Below, piece after piece: positions 13,470-25,500 of a stretch of DNA of 64,000 nucleotides. Position numbers and translations under genes: made by a program. The DNA lies in assembly GCF_964194155.1 (NCBI RefSeq), contig NC_135888.1, forward strand, positions 27,962,001-28,026,000, in the 5' to 3' direction. Below the pieces are notes generated by a model. That model did no database searches. It was not told the origin of the DNA and saw only the letters and a list, made by a program, of their open reading frames with translations. The DNA comes from Cetorhinus maximus (Eukaryota). Within the stretch, counting starts at the first letter, position 1. Each line of letters opens with the position of its first letter.

Positions 13470-14690
13470 ATTCTTCAATAATCTAGCCTCCACTGTTTTC
13501 TGGGGAAGACTAACCATTGTCTATGAGAAGAAATTCCTCATCTCCATCTTAATTGGGAGACCCCTCATTTTTAAACTGTGCCCCATTGTTCTGGATTCCC
13601 CCACAAGGTGAAATAACCTCCTAGCATCTATCCTGTCAAGCCCTCTGAGAATCCCATATGTTTCAGGGAGATCACTTCTCATTCTTCTAAACTCTAATGG
13701 GAATAGGCCCAATCTGCTCAACCTTTCCTCATAAGACATCCCCTTCATCCCAGGAATCAATCTAGTGAACCTTCTCGGACCAACTTCCAATGCGAGGATA
13801 TCCCTCCTTAAGTAATTGGACCAAAACTGTACACAGTACTCTACAATGCTCCAGACAGTTGTAGCAAGACTTCTCCCTTTTACACTGCAACCCCTTGCAA
13901 TAAAGACTTACATTCCATTTGCCTTCCTAATGACTTGCCGTACCTGCATGCTAACCTTTTGTGACTCATGTACAAGGACTCCCAGATCCCCCTGTGCTGC
14001 AGCATTCTGTAGTTTCTCTCCAGTTAAATAGTGTTCTGCTTCTCCATTCATCCTGTCAAAGTCGACAACCCCCCATTTTCTCACATTATACTCCATCTGT
14101 CAGTTTTTTGCCGACTCTCTATAGCCTTTTGCAGACACTTTGGGTGGAATTTTCCAGCCCCTCCTGCCGGCGGGATCTTTCAGTCCCACCGGAGTCAACG
14201 GAGATTTAAAAGGCTCGCTGCATCGGCCGTGGGGGAACCCGCCGCGTCAGGGCCGGAAAATCCCAGCCATTGTATTCTCCTCACAGCTTTCTTTCCGACC
14301 CACCTTTGGATCGTCAACAAATTTGGCTACAATACAGTTGGCCCCTTCATCCAAGTCATTAACATAGACCGTAAATAGTTGAAGCCCCAGAACTGCCCTG
14401 TGGCACATCACTTGTTACAGTTTACCAAGCTGAAAAAGACCCATTTATCCTGACTCTCTGGTTAGTTAGCCAATCCTTCTATCAATGCTAATATATCATT
14501 CCCAACACCATGAGCTCTTATCTTGTATGGTATCCTTTTTTATGGCACCTTATTGAATGCCTTTTGGAAATTCAAATACACTACATCCACGGGTTCCTCT
14601 TTATCCACCCTGCTTGTTCCATTCTCAAAGAACTCTAAAAAAGCTGGGAAGCATGATATACCTCTCACAAAGCCATGCTGACTCTGCCCG
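13470..14690 (-). mobile_element. CR1 LINE ORF2 fragment interrupted by a MITE at 14142-14268
   Basis: ORFs 13521..13790 and 13908..14096 are CR1 RT C-terminal peptides. The inserted 127-bp element has gggtggaattttcc...ggaaaatcccagcc inverted ends. Confidence 0.85.
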
Positions 14691-14700
14691 ATTTTGTTAT

Positions 14701-16378
14701 GGGGTGGAATTGTCCCAGGTTTGCACTAAGCGTGGTAATGGGCTGGAAAAACGAGGTTTTACCTGCCAGCCGCAATGGCGGCTTCTCACACCGTTTCATC
14801 CCAATCCTGCCGTATTAATTATGCATTCCCGGGAAACATGCCATTTCGATGGCATCACCAATCCAGTATGGGAGGCGGCAGCAGTGGTCATCGCCAATAT
14901 CCTGCAAAAGAAGACAGCCACCTAGTGCCCCAAGAGGATGAACCATCGCCTCCATTCCACCAGGGTAAGTCACTCTTCTCATTACTCTCAACTCACACAC
15001 TCACAAACCCATCACACATCCACAGGGACCTCACTCACTGCTGGTTCAAGGACATCGCCATTCACTCTCTCATACACACCTTCATTGTCCTCATCCCGTC
15101 CATGGGACCACTCACCACCCACACACGCCAGGCAAACTCATCATCTGGCCTGGCAGGCGTCCTGCTTACACTCTCTCCATCTCTATTCATGCAGGTCAAG
15201 CTGGCACACAACAAGATGGAGAGGCCGCAGACTGGTGGAGAAATGCCTGAAATCAAGGTCCTCAAAGACTTTGAAAACAGAGCCATCTAGCTGGCTGACG
15301 AGGATCTGGACCATTCCTGTGCTGACAGTGAAGTCAGCAGTGCTCTACTAAGTGAGAATTCAGGAGTGCAATATCCATCAGACAACCATGCCGTGAGTGG
15401 TGGGTCCTGTTTCACAGGCCAGTGCCATGCACTAATTATCTCTCCTTGCTTTTGCAAGGTCCACAATTCAGGGCTTCTAATCAAGCCCGAAAGAAACCTC
15501 TGAAAAGGAATCTGGAGGCACCCTCCTTGAAGACCCATCACAGTGCTCACCCACATCCTCCACCTGAGCAGAGACACACACCACGGTGGGACCTAGCTTT
15601 AGAGTAGCCTCAGGGTCAAACTCTGGTGAGCACATCACACTCTGATCCACAGCAGGTGATGACAGGGACTTCCCTGGTGCCTGGCACTTGGAGGACTGCT
15701 GGAGGCCAGAAATTTGCTGAGTCTGAGTCAGATGATGAGCCTCTGGATTCAGTTCTCCCTCAGTTGCTGGAGCTGCAAAGACAATCACGGGAACATCAGG
15801 AAGAGATGTCCGCTGCACTCCTCAGATTGCAAGGGGCGATGGTGTAGTCTGTCCGCCTTCAGGCTGAGCTGAGAGCGCCGGCATGCCAACAAACCAAGGT
15901 CAACAGTGGTAGGATGGTGGCTGTCATAGAGACCATGGCAGGACATCGCTCCTGCACTGCTGTGCAGACTGAGCTCCTTCGCTGACGCCATAGTTGGCCT
16001 CCAACAGTGAACACCAGAGGGGTGCGGGGCAGCTCAATCTCACTCCAGCTTCCCTTCCCCTCAAGGAATCAGCCAAAAGCCCTTGGGCACCCAAAACGAG
16101 GAGGATCAGCAGGTGCACACACCAGGGTCATCCACCCAGGAGACTCCAGACCATCTGAATCCCCTCTTCCTGTGACCCCAGCAGCTTCTGCTCCACAGAT
16201 CGAGGAGGGTGCCATTGCCACACAGCAGGACCCCGAAAGCAGGCCGGGGCCCTCCAGAGGATGCCCATCAAGGTCATCAAAGGCAGGGCATAGCAGTTAG
16301 CAGGCTGCCTCCACCTCTGCTGTCGATGTCTAGGGAGCATAAAGACATAGCGGCAGGGTTAGGAAGGTTAAGAAGATG
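14701..16378 (+). mobile_element. Harbinger element remnant carrying a decayed, intron-containing Myb/SANT-like gene
   Basis: WEAAAVVIAN...TAT*CPKRMN...R followed by a gtaagt donor (~14964). After a cag acceptor (~15194) it continues KLAHNKMERPQTGG...FENRAI, typical of Harbinger Myb/SANT-like proteins. Confidence 0.7.
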
Positions 16379-16384
16379 TAATTC

Positions 16385-17605
16385 TTTTGAGTCAACCAAA
16401 TAAACTAAATTAACAAAATCAGGTAGAAAGTAAAAAGCAGCCCCTTAAAGGGAAACTGCAAAAAAAAAGACAACATTTAAAGGAAACTTTAAATCAAAAT
16501 GTGAGCAAAAGGGTCCATAAAGCACCTCAAACCACCGAGCATGGAAGGCCTCGATGGTGCCGGCAGACACCGCGTGCTCCCTCTCCAGGGACACCCGGCT
16601 GCGGAAATAGCCACGGAAGAGGGGCAGACAGTCGGGCCGGACAACCCCCTTGATCGCCCGCTGCCTGGACCTGTTAATGGCCAACTTGGCCAGGCCCAGG
16701 AGCAGGTTCATGAGGTGGTCCTCCTCCCTCCCGGCCCCCCTCCGCACTGGGTGTCTGTAGATCAGGAGCGTGGGACTGAAGTGAAAACAAAACAATAGTA
16801 AAATGTTTTACAAGAAAATAAAAAGGTGGTGCAGCCTACAACAAATCATATATATGATCCACGGACTCCACAAGGCTGCAAAAGATGCAGGTATCTTTGG
16901 AGTCCGTGAACCGACACAACCTATGGTTGTATGGGACTGCTACGTGCAACACCCTCCACCCCAGCTCCCTGATGGAAAATGGGAGGACACCCCATAGAGG
17001 GGCCCACTTGGGGACTTCCACCACCAGACGGCAACAAGGCATGCCAGGGGTGGCAGGTGAGGGCAAGGAAGGGTGTGCAGCAGCAGCCCATACCAGAAAC
17101 CTCTCTGCACTGTGTTAAAGGGCACGGAGGGCATTTCCGTGATGCGGCTCAGGCTGTGGGGCACCGGTTCCTGAGGGAGGGTTTGGGTCTTGGGGCCAAT
17201 GTGGGATTTCGTCCGAATAGGCATATGCTCAGACGGAAGACCATTGCGCACCTGTGCCACTGCGAGGCCCAGGATGACGTCCAGGCCAAGCACGACCATC
17301 CTAAGGCCTTGAATGGCATTGGCCATGAGCCATACGTGCATGGACGCGTGATGCACCAACTCCTGTGGTATCATCCAGCCCACTCCTCCGCCACACAATA
17401 TGTCCCCAATTCTGGCCACCCCGGCAGCTACAGCCTTCCTTGCTGCCAGCCACTGAAAAGGCCGGAGGTGCAGAATCCTGAGCAGCGGCTCTCTGACGAC
17501 AGCCGCTACTCCTGACGGCGGAGAGCTGCGTCACAAGGCGACCATGTTCCAGACTTTGATCAAGTCCTGGTAAAAGATGGGCAACATCTGCAAGGAGCCA
17601 CAAAG
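16385..17605 (-). mobile_element. Tx1 (L1-clade) non-LTR retrotransposon 3' fragment
   Basis: LGWRVLH.AV...C.FC...ESVDH (zf-RVT-like) and NLLLGLAKLAINRSR...FRGY.RSRVSLERE are characteristic of the Tx1 ORF2 C-terminus. Confidence 0.8.
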
Positions 17606-17684
17606 GCCCCTTGAATTAAATTTCAATTCCATTGTCTGCTGTGGGGGATTACCAGTCAGAGACATTATCACTGTGCCACCGAGC

Positions 17685-17955
17685 CAAGAGTCAACTGCAT
17701 TGTTGTGGGTCTGGAGTCACATATAGGCCAGACCAGGTAAGGGCGGCAGATCTCCTTCCCTATAGGGCATTAGTGTAACCAGTTGGGTTTTTACAACAAT
17801 GGTTTCGTGGTCATCAGACTTTTAATTCCAGGTTTTTATTGAATTTAAATTTCACCATCTGCCATGGTGGGATTTGAATCCGGGTCCCCAGAGAATTACC
17901 CTGGGTCTCTAGAATACTAGTCCAGTGACAATATCACAATGCCACCACCTCCTCC
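17685..17955 (-). mobile_element. tRNA-derived SINE (same family as 45484-45975)
   Basis: Reverse complement of the SINE head and body (gtgggatttgaatccgggtcccc...tagtccagtgacaat). Confidence 0.75.
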
Positions 17956-19924
17956 CCCTTTTTTTCTTTTTTTTGAAATATCTCCTTAAATATCTACCAC
18001 TGCTTATCTACCATCCTAGCTTTTAATCTATTTTCCCAGTCCACAATAGCCAACTCTGTCTTCATACCACAGTAATTGTCTTTAAGTTTAAGGCACTAGT
18101 TTTAAACCCAGATTTTTCACCCTGCAAGTGTCTGCCCTTGACATCAAGGCAGCAGTTGACTGAGTGCGGCATCAAATAGCCCTTGTAAAGTTGAAGTCAA
18201 TGGGAATCATGAAGAAACTCCCTCCTGGATAAAACCATGCTGTATGCCACCTTGTACTTGTGTTTTCAAGACAAGACGAAAAATGCTCCTATTCAGCAAT
18301 TTTACAGGGTTGAAAATCTACAGGCAAAAAAGGATCATGATGTTAGATTTTTTGATGTATTGAAATAATGATAGCATGCACTCTACCACAATGTTGATCA
18401 AGGGACACTGAGACTGGGCACTGCAGCCCTTAAAAGCCAAGAAACTCAACCCTACTTGAGCTTACATTACCTCCTTGCTGATTTCTAATACTTAGATGTT
18501 GCAGTTTGGAATGAATTGCGAGTGCTGTTGCTTTGATGGGGATAGATCTTAAGTCAGAACATGAAGATTTGTTATCAGCAACTTGGCAGATTTCAAAATA
18601 AATGGGGAGTTAGCTTAAAGATGAGGCACTCTGTGGATGTGTGACCACCAACAACCTACATAAATCTATATCTAAAGTCTTGCATCTAGAGTTCATTGTT
18701 CACATTCAAAAAGTATTTGTTCTCCTTGACATTTATAAAAGAGTTTTAACCCAAGGGTATGAGTTGAGCACTTGAAAGCAGTAGGCAAAATTTGTGCTGC
18801 AGATACAAGAGTGCCCATCAGCAACGTCACAGGGGTCAGTGAGAACCAAACTAAAACCCAATGTTGTCATGTATGGGCAGGAACCTTTTGATTCTGCAAC
18901 AGGACAATTTTTGTTGTGAGCAGAGAGCAGGCCAGTGTAAGTATAGTGTTAATGGAGAGCTCCATTCTGCTGAAGCCCCCGGAAAATATTTTGCACTTTT
19001 ACATACAATCTAGTCACAATAAATTTTGAGACATTCATATCATTTTAATCTTTGATGATATCATGGTGCCCAATAACTATGATGTATCGAATTTGAATCT
19101 GATTACTCACAAATGTGGAAGACTTAACTGACTCTATTGATTGTTATGACTTTACTTTCTATTATATGTATGTAAACTATTAAAATGTGAAACAAACTTT
19201 CCCCTAAATTCACAGAGTTCAACCTGCTGAAAGTCAGAAGAAATTGGGGTAGAAAACTGTTTTCCCCTGCTGCTGATAATCCTGTGAGCTCTATTCAAAC
19301 CGAATGGCCTGGAAATTTGGCTGTGTAGCGTCAGATTTTCTGTGTTAACTGGCCGACTAAGTCCCCAATATGGTGGGCAGCAAGTCTGTGCACATTGCTG
19401 GCTGGCATTGTGTCACCCGTCATACTGGGAAAGGAAATTACACTGACGATAGAACCCTTCACCCGCCACGTTTAAAGGCAAGAATAATTTATCTCAAATA
19501 AGAAAAAAGAAGCAGCTAGAGATACTCAGCAGGTTATGGCAGCATCTGTGGAGAGAGAAGCAGAGTTAATGGGTGGAATTTTACGCTGGCGGGATTTTAC
19601 GATCTCGCCGAAGTCAATGGAGTTTTGAATGGCTCATCACATTTTACCACGGCGGGACTGCAAGATTTCCCCCAGTGTTTCAAGTCTGAACTAGGAAAAG
19701 TTAGAAATGTAATAGATTTTAAGCAGCGGGGTGGGTGGGCAAAGCCAGCATTCATTCGCCATCCCCAATTGCCCTAGAGACAGTGGTGGTGATTACCCTC
19801 TTAAACTGATGTAGGTCCACCCAAAGTGCTTTTAGGATCTATTTTGGACCTCTAAGGACATCCCTTGGATGCTATGCATCCAAATTTGGGGGCCTAGTTT
19901 TGTAACAATGCGAAGTTCCCTTAG

Positions 19925-22125
19925 TACTGACATGTCAGCCCATGTCCAAATGCAGCAAGACCTGGACAATATCCAGTTGTGGGCTGACAAGTTGCAAGTA
20001 ACATTTGCAACACACAAGTGCCGGGAAATGACCACACCCAACAAGAGAGAATCTAACCATCTCCCCTTGACATTCAATGGCATTACCATTGCTGAATCCA
20101 TAAGACCATATGAGCAGAAATTAGGCCATTTGGCCCATCGAGTCTGCTTCGCCATTCAATCATGGCTGATAAGTTTCTCAACCTCATTCTCCCCATAACC
20201 TTTCATCCCCTTACCAATCAAGAACCTATCTATCTCGGTCTTAAATACACTCAATGACCTGGCCTCCACAGCCTTCTGTGGCAATGAATTCCATAGATTC
20301 ATCATTCTCTGGCTAAAGAAGTTTCTCCTCATCTCTGTTCTAAAAGGTCTTCCCTTTACTCTGAGGGTGTGCCCTCGGGTCCTAGTCTCTCCTACTAATG
20401 GAAACATCTTCCCCACGTCCACTCTATCCAGGCCTTTCAGTATTCTGTAAGTTTCAATCAGATCCCCCCTCATCCTTCCGAACTCCATCGAGTATAGACC
20501 CAGAGTCCTCAAACGTTCCTCATATGTTAAGCCTTTCATTCCTGGGATCATTCTTGTGAACCTGCTCTGGACCCTCTCCAGGGCCGGCACATCCTTCCTG
20601 AGAAACGGGGCCCAGAACTGCTCACAATATTCTAAATGTGGTCTGAAAAGAGCCTTATAAAGCTTCAGCAGCACATCCCTGCTTTTATATTCTAGTCCTC
20701 TCGAAATAAATGCCAACATTGCATTTGCCTTCCTAACTATCGACTCAACCTGCAAGTTAACCTTAAGAGAAACCTGGACTAGGACTCCCAAGTCCCTTTG
20801 CACTCCAGATTTCTGAATTCTCTCCCCATTTAGAAAATAGTCTATGCCTCTATTCTTCCTACCAAAGTGCATGACTTCACACTTCCCCATGTTGTATTCC
20901 ATCTGCCACTTCTTTGCTCATTCTCCTAATCTGTCTAAATCCTTCTGCAGCCTCCCCGCCTCCTCAATACTACCTGTCCCTCCACCTATATTTGTATCAT
21001 CTGCAAACTTAGCCAGAATGCCCTCAGTTCCTTCATCTAGATCATTAATATATAAAGTGAAAAGCTGTGGTCCCAACACTGACCCTTGCGGAACTCCATT
21101 AGTCACCGGCCATCATCCTGAGAAGGACCCCCCTTGTCCCCACTCTCTGCCTCCTGCCAGACAGCCAATCTTCCATCCATGCTAGTACCTTGCCGCTTAA
21201 CACCATGGGCTCTTATCTTACTGAGCAGCCTCCTGTGCGGCACCTTGTCAAAGGCCTTCTGGGAGTCCAAGTAGATAACATCCATTGGCTCTCCTTTGTC
21301 TAACCTGCTTGTTACCTCCTCAAAGAATTCTAACAGATTTGTCATGCATGACCTCCCCTTGATGAAACCATGCTGACTTTGCCCTATTTTACCACGCACT
21401 TCCAAGTATTCTGAAATCTCATCCTTAATAATCCCACACTACCAACATCCTGGGGGTTACCATTGACCAGAAACTGAACTAGACCAGCCAGATAAATACT
21501 GTGGCTACAAGAGCAAGTCAGAGGCTAGGAATCCTGAAGCGAATAACTCATCTCCTGACTCCCCAAATACTGTCCACTATCTACAAGGCACAAGTCAGGA
21601 GTGTGATGGAATACTCTCCACTTGCCTGGATGAGTGCAGACCCAACAACACTCAAAAAGCTTGACACCATCCAGGACAAAGCAGCCTGCATAATTGGCAC
21701 TCCTTCCACAAACATTCACTCACTCCACCACAAACATTCACTCCCTCCACCACCAATGAACAGTGGCAGCAGTGTGTACCATCTACAAGATGCACTGCAG
21801 AAACTCACCAAGGCTCTTTAGGCAGCACCTTCCAAACCCACAACCGCTACCATCAAGAAGGACAAGGGCAGCAGACACGCCACCACCTGGAAGTTTCCCC
21901 CCCTGAAGCCACTCACCATCCTGACTTGGAAATATATTGCTGTTCCTTCACTGTCGTTGGGTCAAAATCCTGGAACTCCCTTCCCTAACAGCACTATGGG
22001 TGTACCTACACCACATGGATTGCAGCAGTTCAAGAAGGCAGCTCACCACCACCTTTGTAAAGGCAATTATGGATGGGCAATAAATGCTGGCTCAGCCAGT
22101 AATGCCCACATGCCGTTAATGAATT
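19925..22125 (+). mobile_element. LINE 3' part (CR1/L2-group, Crack-like) split by a younger CR1 insertion
   Basis: MQQDLDNIQLWADKLQVTF...NGITIAES (19925-20099) resumes at ~21430 as ILGVTIDQKL...IYKAQVRSVMEYSPLAW and continues into a 3' UTR. aatcc is repeated at both junctions. Confidence 0.8.
20100..21429 (-). mobile_element. Young 5'-truncated CR1 LINE
   Basis: ORFs 21103..21405, 20918..21106 ([13 protein letters not shown]...KFADDT) and 20156..20902 give RT and C-terminus. Short tandem tail at ~20100. Confidence 0.95.
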
Positions 22126-25099
22126 TTTAAAAATTGTGCGCTTGAGTTCTGGAGTGGGTCTTGAACCTACAACCTTCTGCTTCAGAGGCAAAACTGTTAC
22201 ATCTGAGCCATGAGTGACACTCAAAACACATCACTTTTTTAAAATGTCAAACGTGGCAGGTGCTGCTAATTATTTTAATAATTTAGTCCATACTAGTTGC
22301 TAATTTCGCATAATCAATGCATATCTTTACATGGGAACCTTATGTTTCCAGACATAAACCATTCAAGTATTACTTATGTGATTTCCTTCATTGGTCGACA
22401 TAATATACAATATATCTTTTATTTTGTAAACATTAAGCTCTGGAATTTTTCTTATACATTTGGGCACAAAAAAATGAAAATTTTGAGGATTTATACTGAA
22501 GTAAAAATAATGACAACCTACGTTAGTGATAAAGCACCCATTTTTATATGGACTCTTTTCAAACGGTGTATTGTATCTGTAAACTTCTCGTATAGTGATC
22601 CACGAATCAGAATATACGTATTTCCATCACCTGTAAAGAATATTCAATCACAAAGCAGTTAATTATACAGAACATCTTCCAATATGAAATTCAAGCATGG
22701 GCTTAGGGAAATCCATTCAGTCTTTAAATCACACTTGTAAGAAAACAGCACATCCAATCTGCAGAATCATAAGTGAATCCAATATATTTAACCTTTCGAA
22801 CAAGCTGAATAACCATGTGAAAAAAATATAAGGTAGAAATATGTGAGAAACTGTTCCCTAACTCATGTCATGAAGGGAAAAGCCCAGGACACAAATTTAC
22901 CACCATAATCTGCATGTTTCACCAGACCAGTTATCGTCCCAGGCACCATATTAGTATCATAACGTCTCAAGAGTATTCAGCTATTTCTGTCAGTATTTCA
23001 ATTCCACCTTGCATTATGCGTTTGTCACATTTCTTCATTAAAAGATTAAATCAAATAAACAATAGCCTCTTTTGAAGTGATTTCATTGCACATTATCTAC
23101 AATATGGGGAGAAAACTTCTTCTAATTTGGTGTTTTGTTTAACTGCATAATTGTACCTCCAGTTACCTAACTATAGTTAAGTAACCTGTTTAAATCCATT
23201 TAATCCCCACATTACAGCAATTAACAATGTTGCTTCTCAATCTGTTTTGTTCTACCAGCCTTTCTTTGTTACGTACTGTCCCAAGTCCTCTGTCCCAAAA
23301 TTGAAGCCAATGTTCCAAATGAGACCTCATTAATGAGTTAATATTGCCCTTCATAAAACTTTTCCTATACATTATCTGCTTCTGCTTTCCATTATCAATG
23401 TGACTTTCTTTTCAGTGAATGCATCATTCATTCTTTGGTGCCTCATTAGTGGACTGTACAACATAACCATCTGAAGAGAAGTATGTCTCAAGGATTAAAG
23501 TCATTACCTTGCAATTAAATAGTTTTTCTGTTCCCCCATTTCAAACTACCAAGGATGAATCTGAACTCCTAAAAACAGTTTGGAATTGGGTCAGAAGTTA
23601 AAAAGCAAAAAAATCTGGAACAGGGACTGAACCCGCCACTTCCGGTATCATGGTGACAGGACAAGTGCAGGAAGCAGTTTGGTCACCTAAATATTAAATT
23701 AGGCCACGTGCCTTTATTTTAACAGCATTCTATTTTCAACCACAAGCGATCAGTTTCTGAGGCCTCAGGAAACCTGGCAGCTGAAAGGATGTGAAAAGGG
23801 AAGACTCCACAAACTAAGTGTCTTTACAGCATTGCTTGTGGGTCAGGGAAAGCAGGGATGCTTCCTCCAGGTCCAACAAGTTGTCCAGTAAACCTTGATT
23901 CACCACTGTCAGCTCCCCCCGCACCATCAGAAACCACCCCCCGCCCCCTTGCCACCCCACCAATCACCATTGGATCCCCTGACTCCCACCTCGTTCTGTT
24001 CTGACCACCTTTGGGCTCCCACCCCCTGAAATTGTGAACCCCCAGGCTACTAATTGATCTCTTTCCCCCTCACTGTATGCGCCCCCACTGATCTCTCTCA
24101 CTTCCCCACTGCAACTTCTCTCATAGGTTTTGGCCTTGTGAAGTCACCTTCCTGCCAGTAAGACCTCCAGCCTGTTAATCAGGTTGCATGTTGGTGGGAA
24201 TCCCACAGGGGAAAAAAAAATATGGCTGCCCTGCAGTTAAATTCTGCAAGACATTTGGAAAACGTCTCCTTCTGGGTTTCACAACTTCATATCAGCACTC
24301 CGGCCCCAACCCCATTCCCATATAGAATTTGCCTCCAAGTTCAAATCCAGGCCTTAAACCTGTTTAGGGAGGTACAGGCATGTTTACAGAGTTCAATTAG
24401 AGAAGAAATGGAAGGAGGGGGAAATTGCTGAATAACTCAGATTATATTTACGTGTTGGAAACTCTTGTCTAAACACGATGGTCCAGAAATGTCATAGAAC
24501 ACAAAATGGTGAGACAGTAACTTACAAAGATGGCGACATATAATAATCTCTATTTGTATGTATTAGGCAGGGCTGCATTGTACATCAGGAGATAAAAATA
24601 AAATTAAGATATTAAATAAATTCAAAACTCCCAGAGGTGCAAGCAACAATGGGGTGGTGGTGCAGTGTGGGATTTACTAAATTTATTTGCATAAAAGCTG
24701 GAAATGTTGAATGTGTTTTGACTACTTTTTAATGAATGCAGATGATATCTGAACAGCTGGAACTGTTTTCCAACAGATGTTATCCTTAAGTCAGGAAAGT
24801 ACAATGTCTAAGTATGCATGACTCACTGTGATATACAGTATTGAAATTCTGTCCTAGCAGTAGTAAGTGAAAATTGTAGAAGACTCCAGATATCAATGTT
24901 TCCTGGAAGGCTGGACTTCTGGCATTAAAAATGTACAGGAACAGTTTGGTCCAAATGATGTGTTATGCCATTGGCTCCATAAGGCAACCCTCAGATTTTG
25001 AAACATTACTTCCAAATAGCGCTTGGAGGAGCAACGACCGTGGACAGCTCTAGAACTGCTACCATAGCCATCATACAGCTGCTAATAAATGTGGAAAAA

Positions 25100-25500
25100 G
25101 ACTTAACATTTGTATAGTACTTTTTATCTCCTCCGGCCATCTCAAAACGCTATACAGCAAATTAAGTCATTTTGAAGTCTAGTCTCTGTGGTATGATGGG
25201 AAATGCACTGCACTGCAAGGTTCCAGAAACAGCCAAGTGATAAATGAACAGATTATCTGTTTCAGTGATAAATATTAGTCAGGACACTACGAATAGCACC
25301 ATGGGATCATTTACATCCACCCAGGTGGAGGTATGGGACCTCAGTTTAATGCTTCATCTGAGAGACCAAACCAGAGACATTGTAGTGTTTCCATGGTACT
25401 GCGTCAGGTTCGATTATGTGGTCAAGTCTCCATAACAGGACTTGAACCCATGACATTCTGGCTCTGAGGCATGAGTGCGACCATCTGAGTCATGGCTGAC
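25100..25500 (-). mobile_element. Deu-domain SINE (decayed)
   Basis: Reverse complement of the Deu core (ccatgggatcatttacatccacc) and a tRNA-like head (ggacttgaacccatgac...ccatctgag). Confidence 0.6.

Noticed and set aside
18802-18937. Plus-strand exon-like segment (cag...gtaagt)
   Set aside because: The peptide is unrecognisable and there are no partner exons, so support is insufficient.
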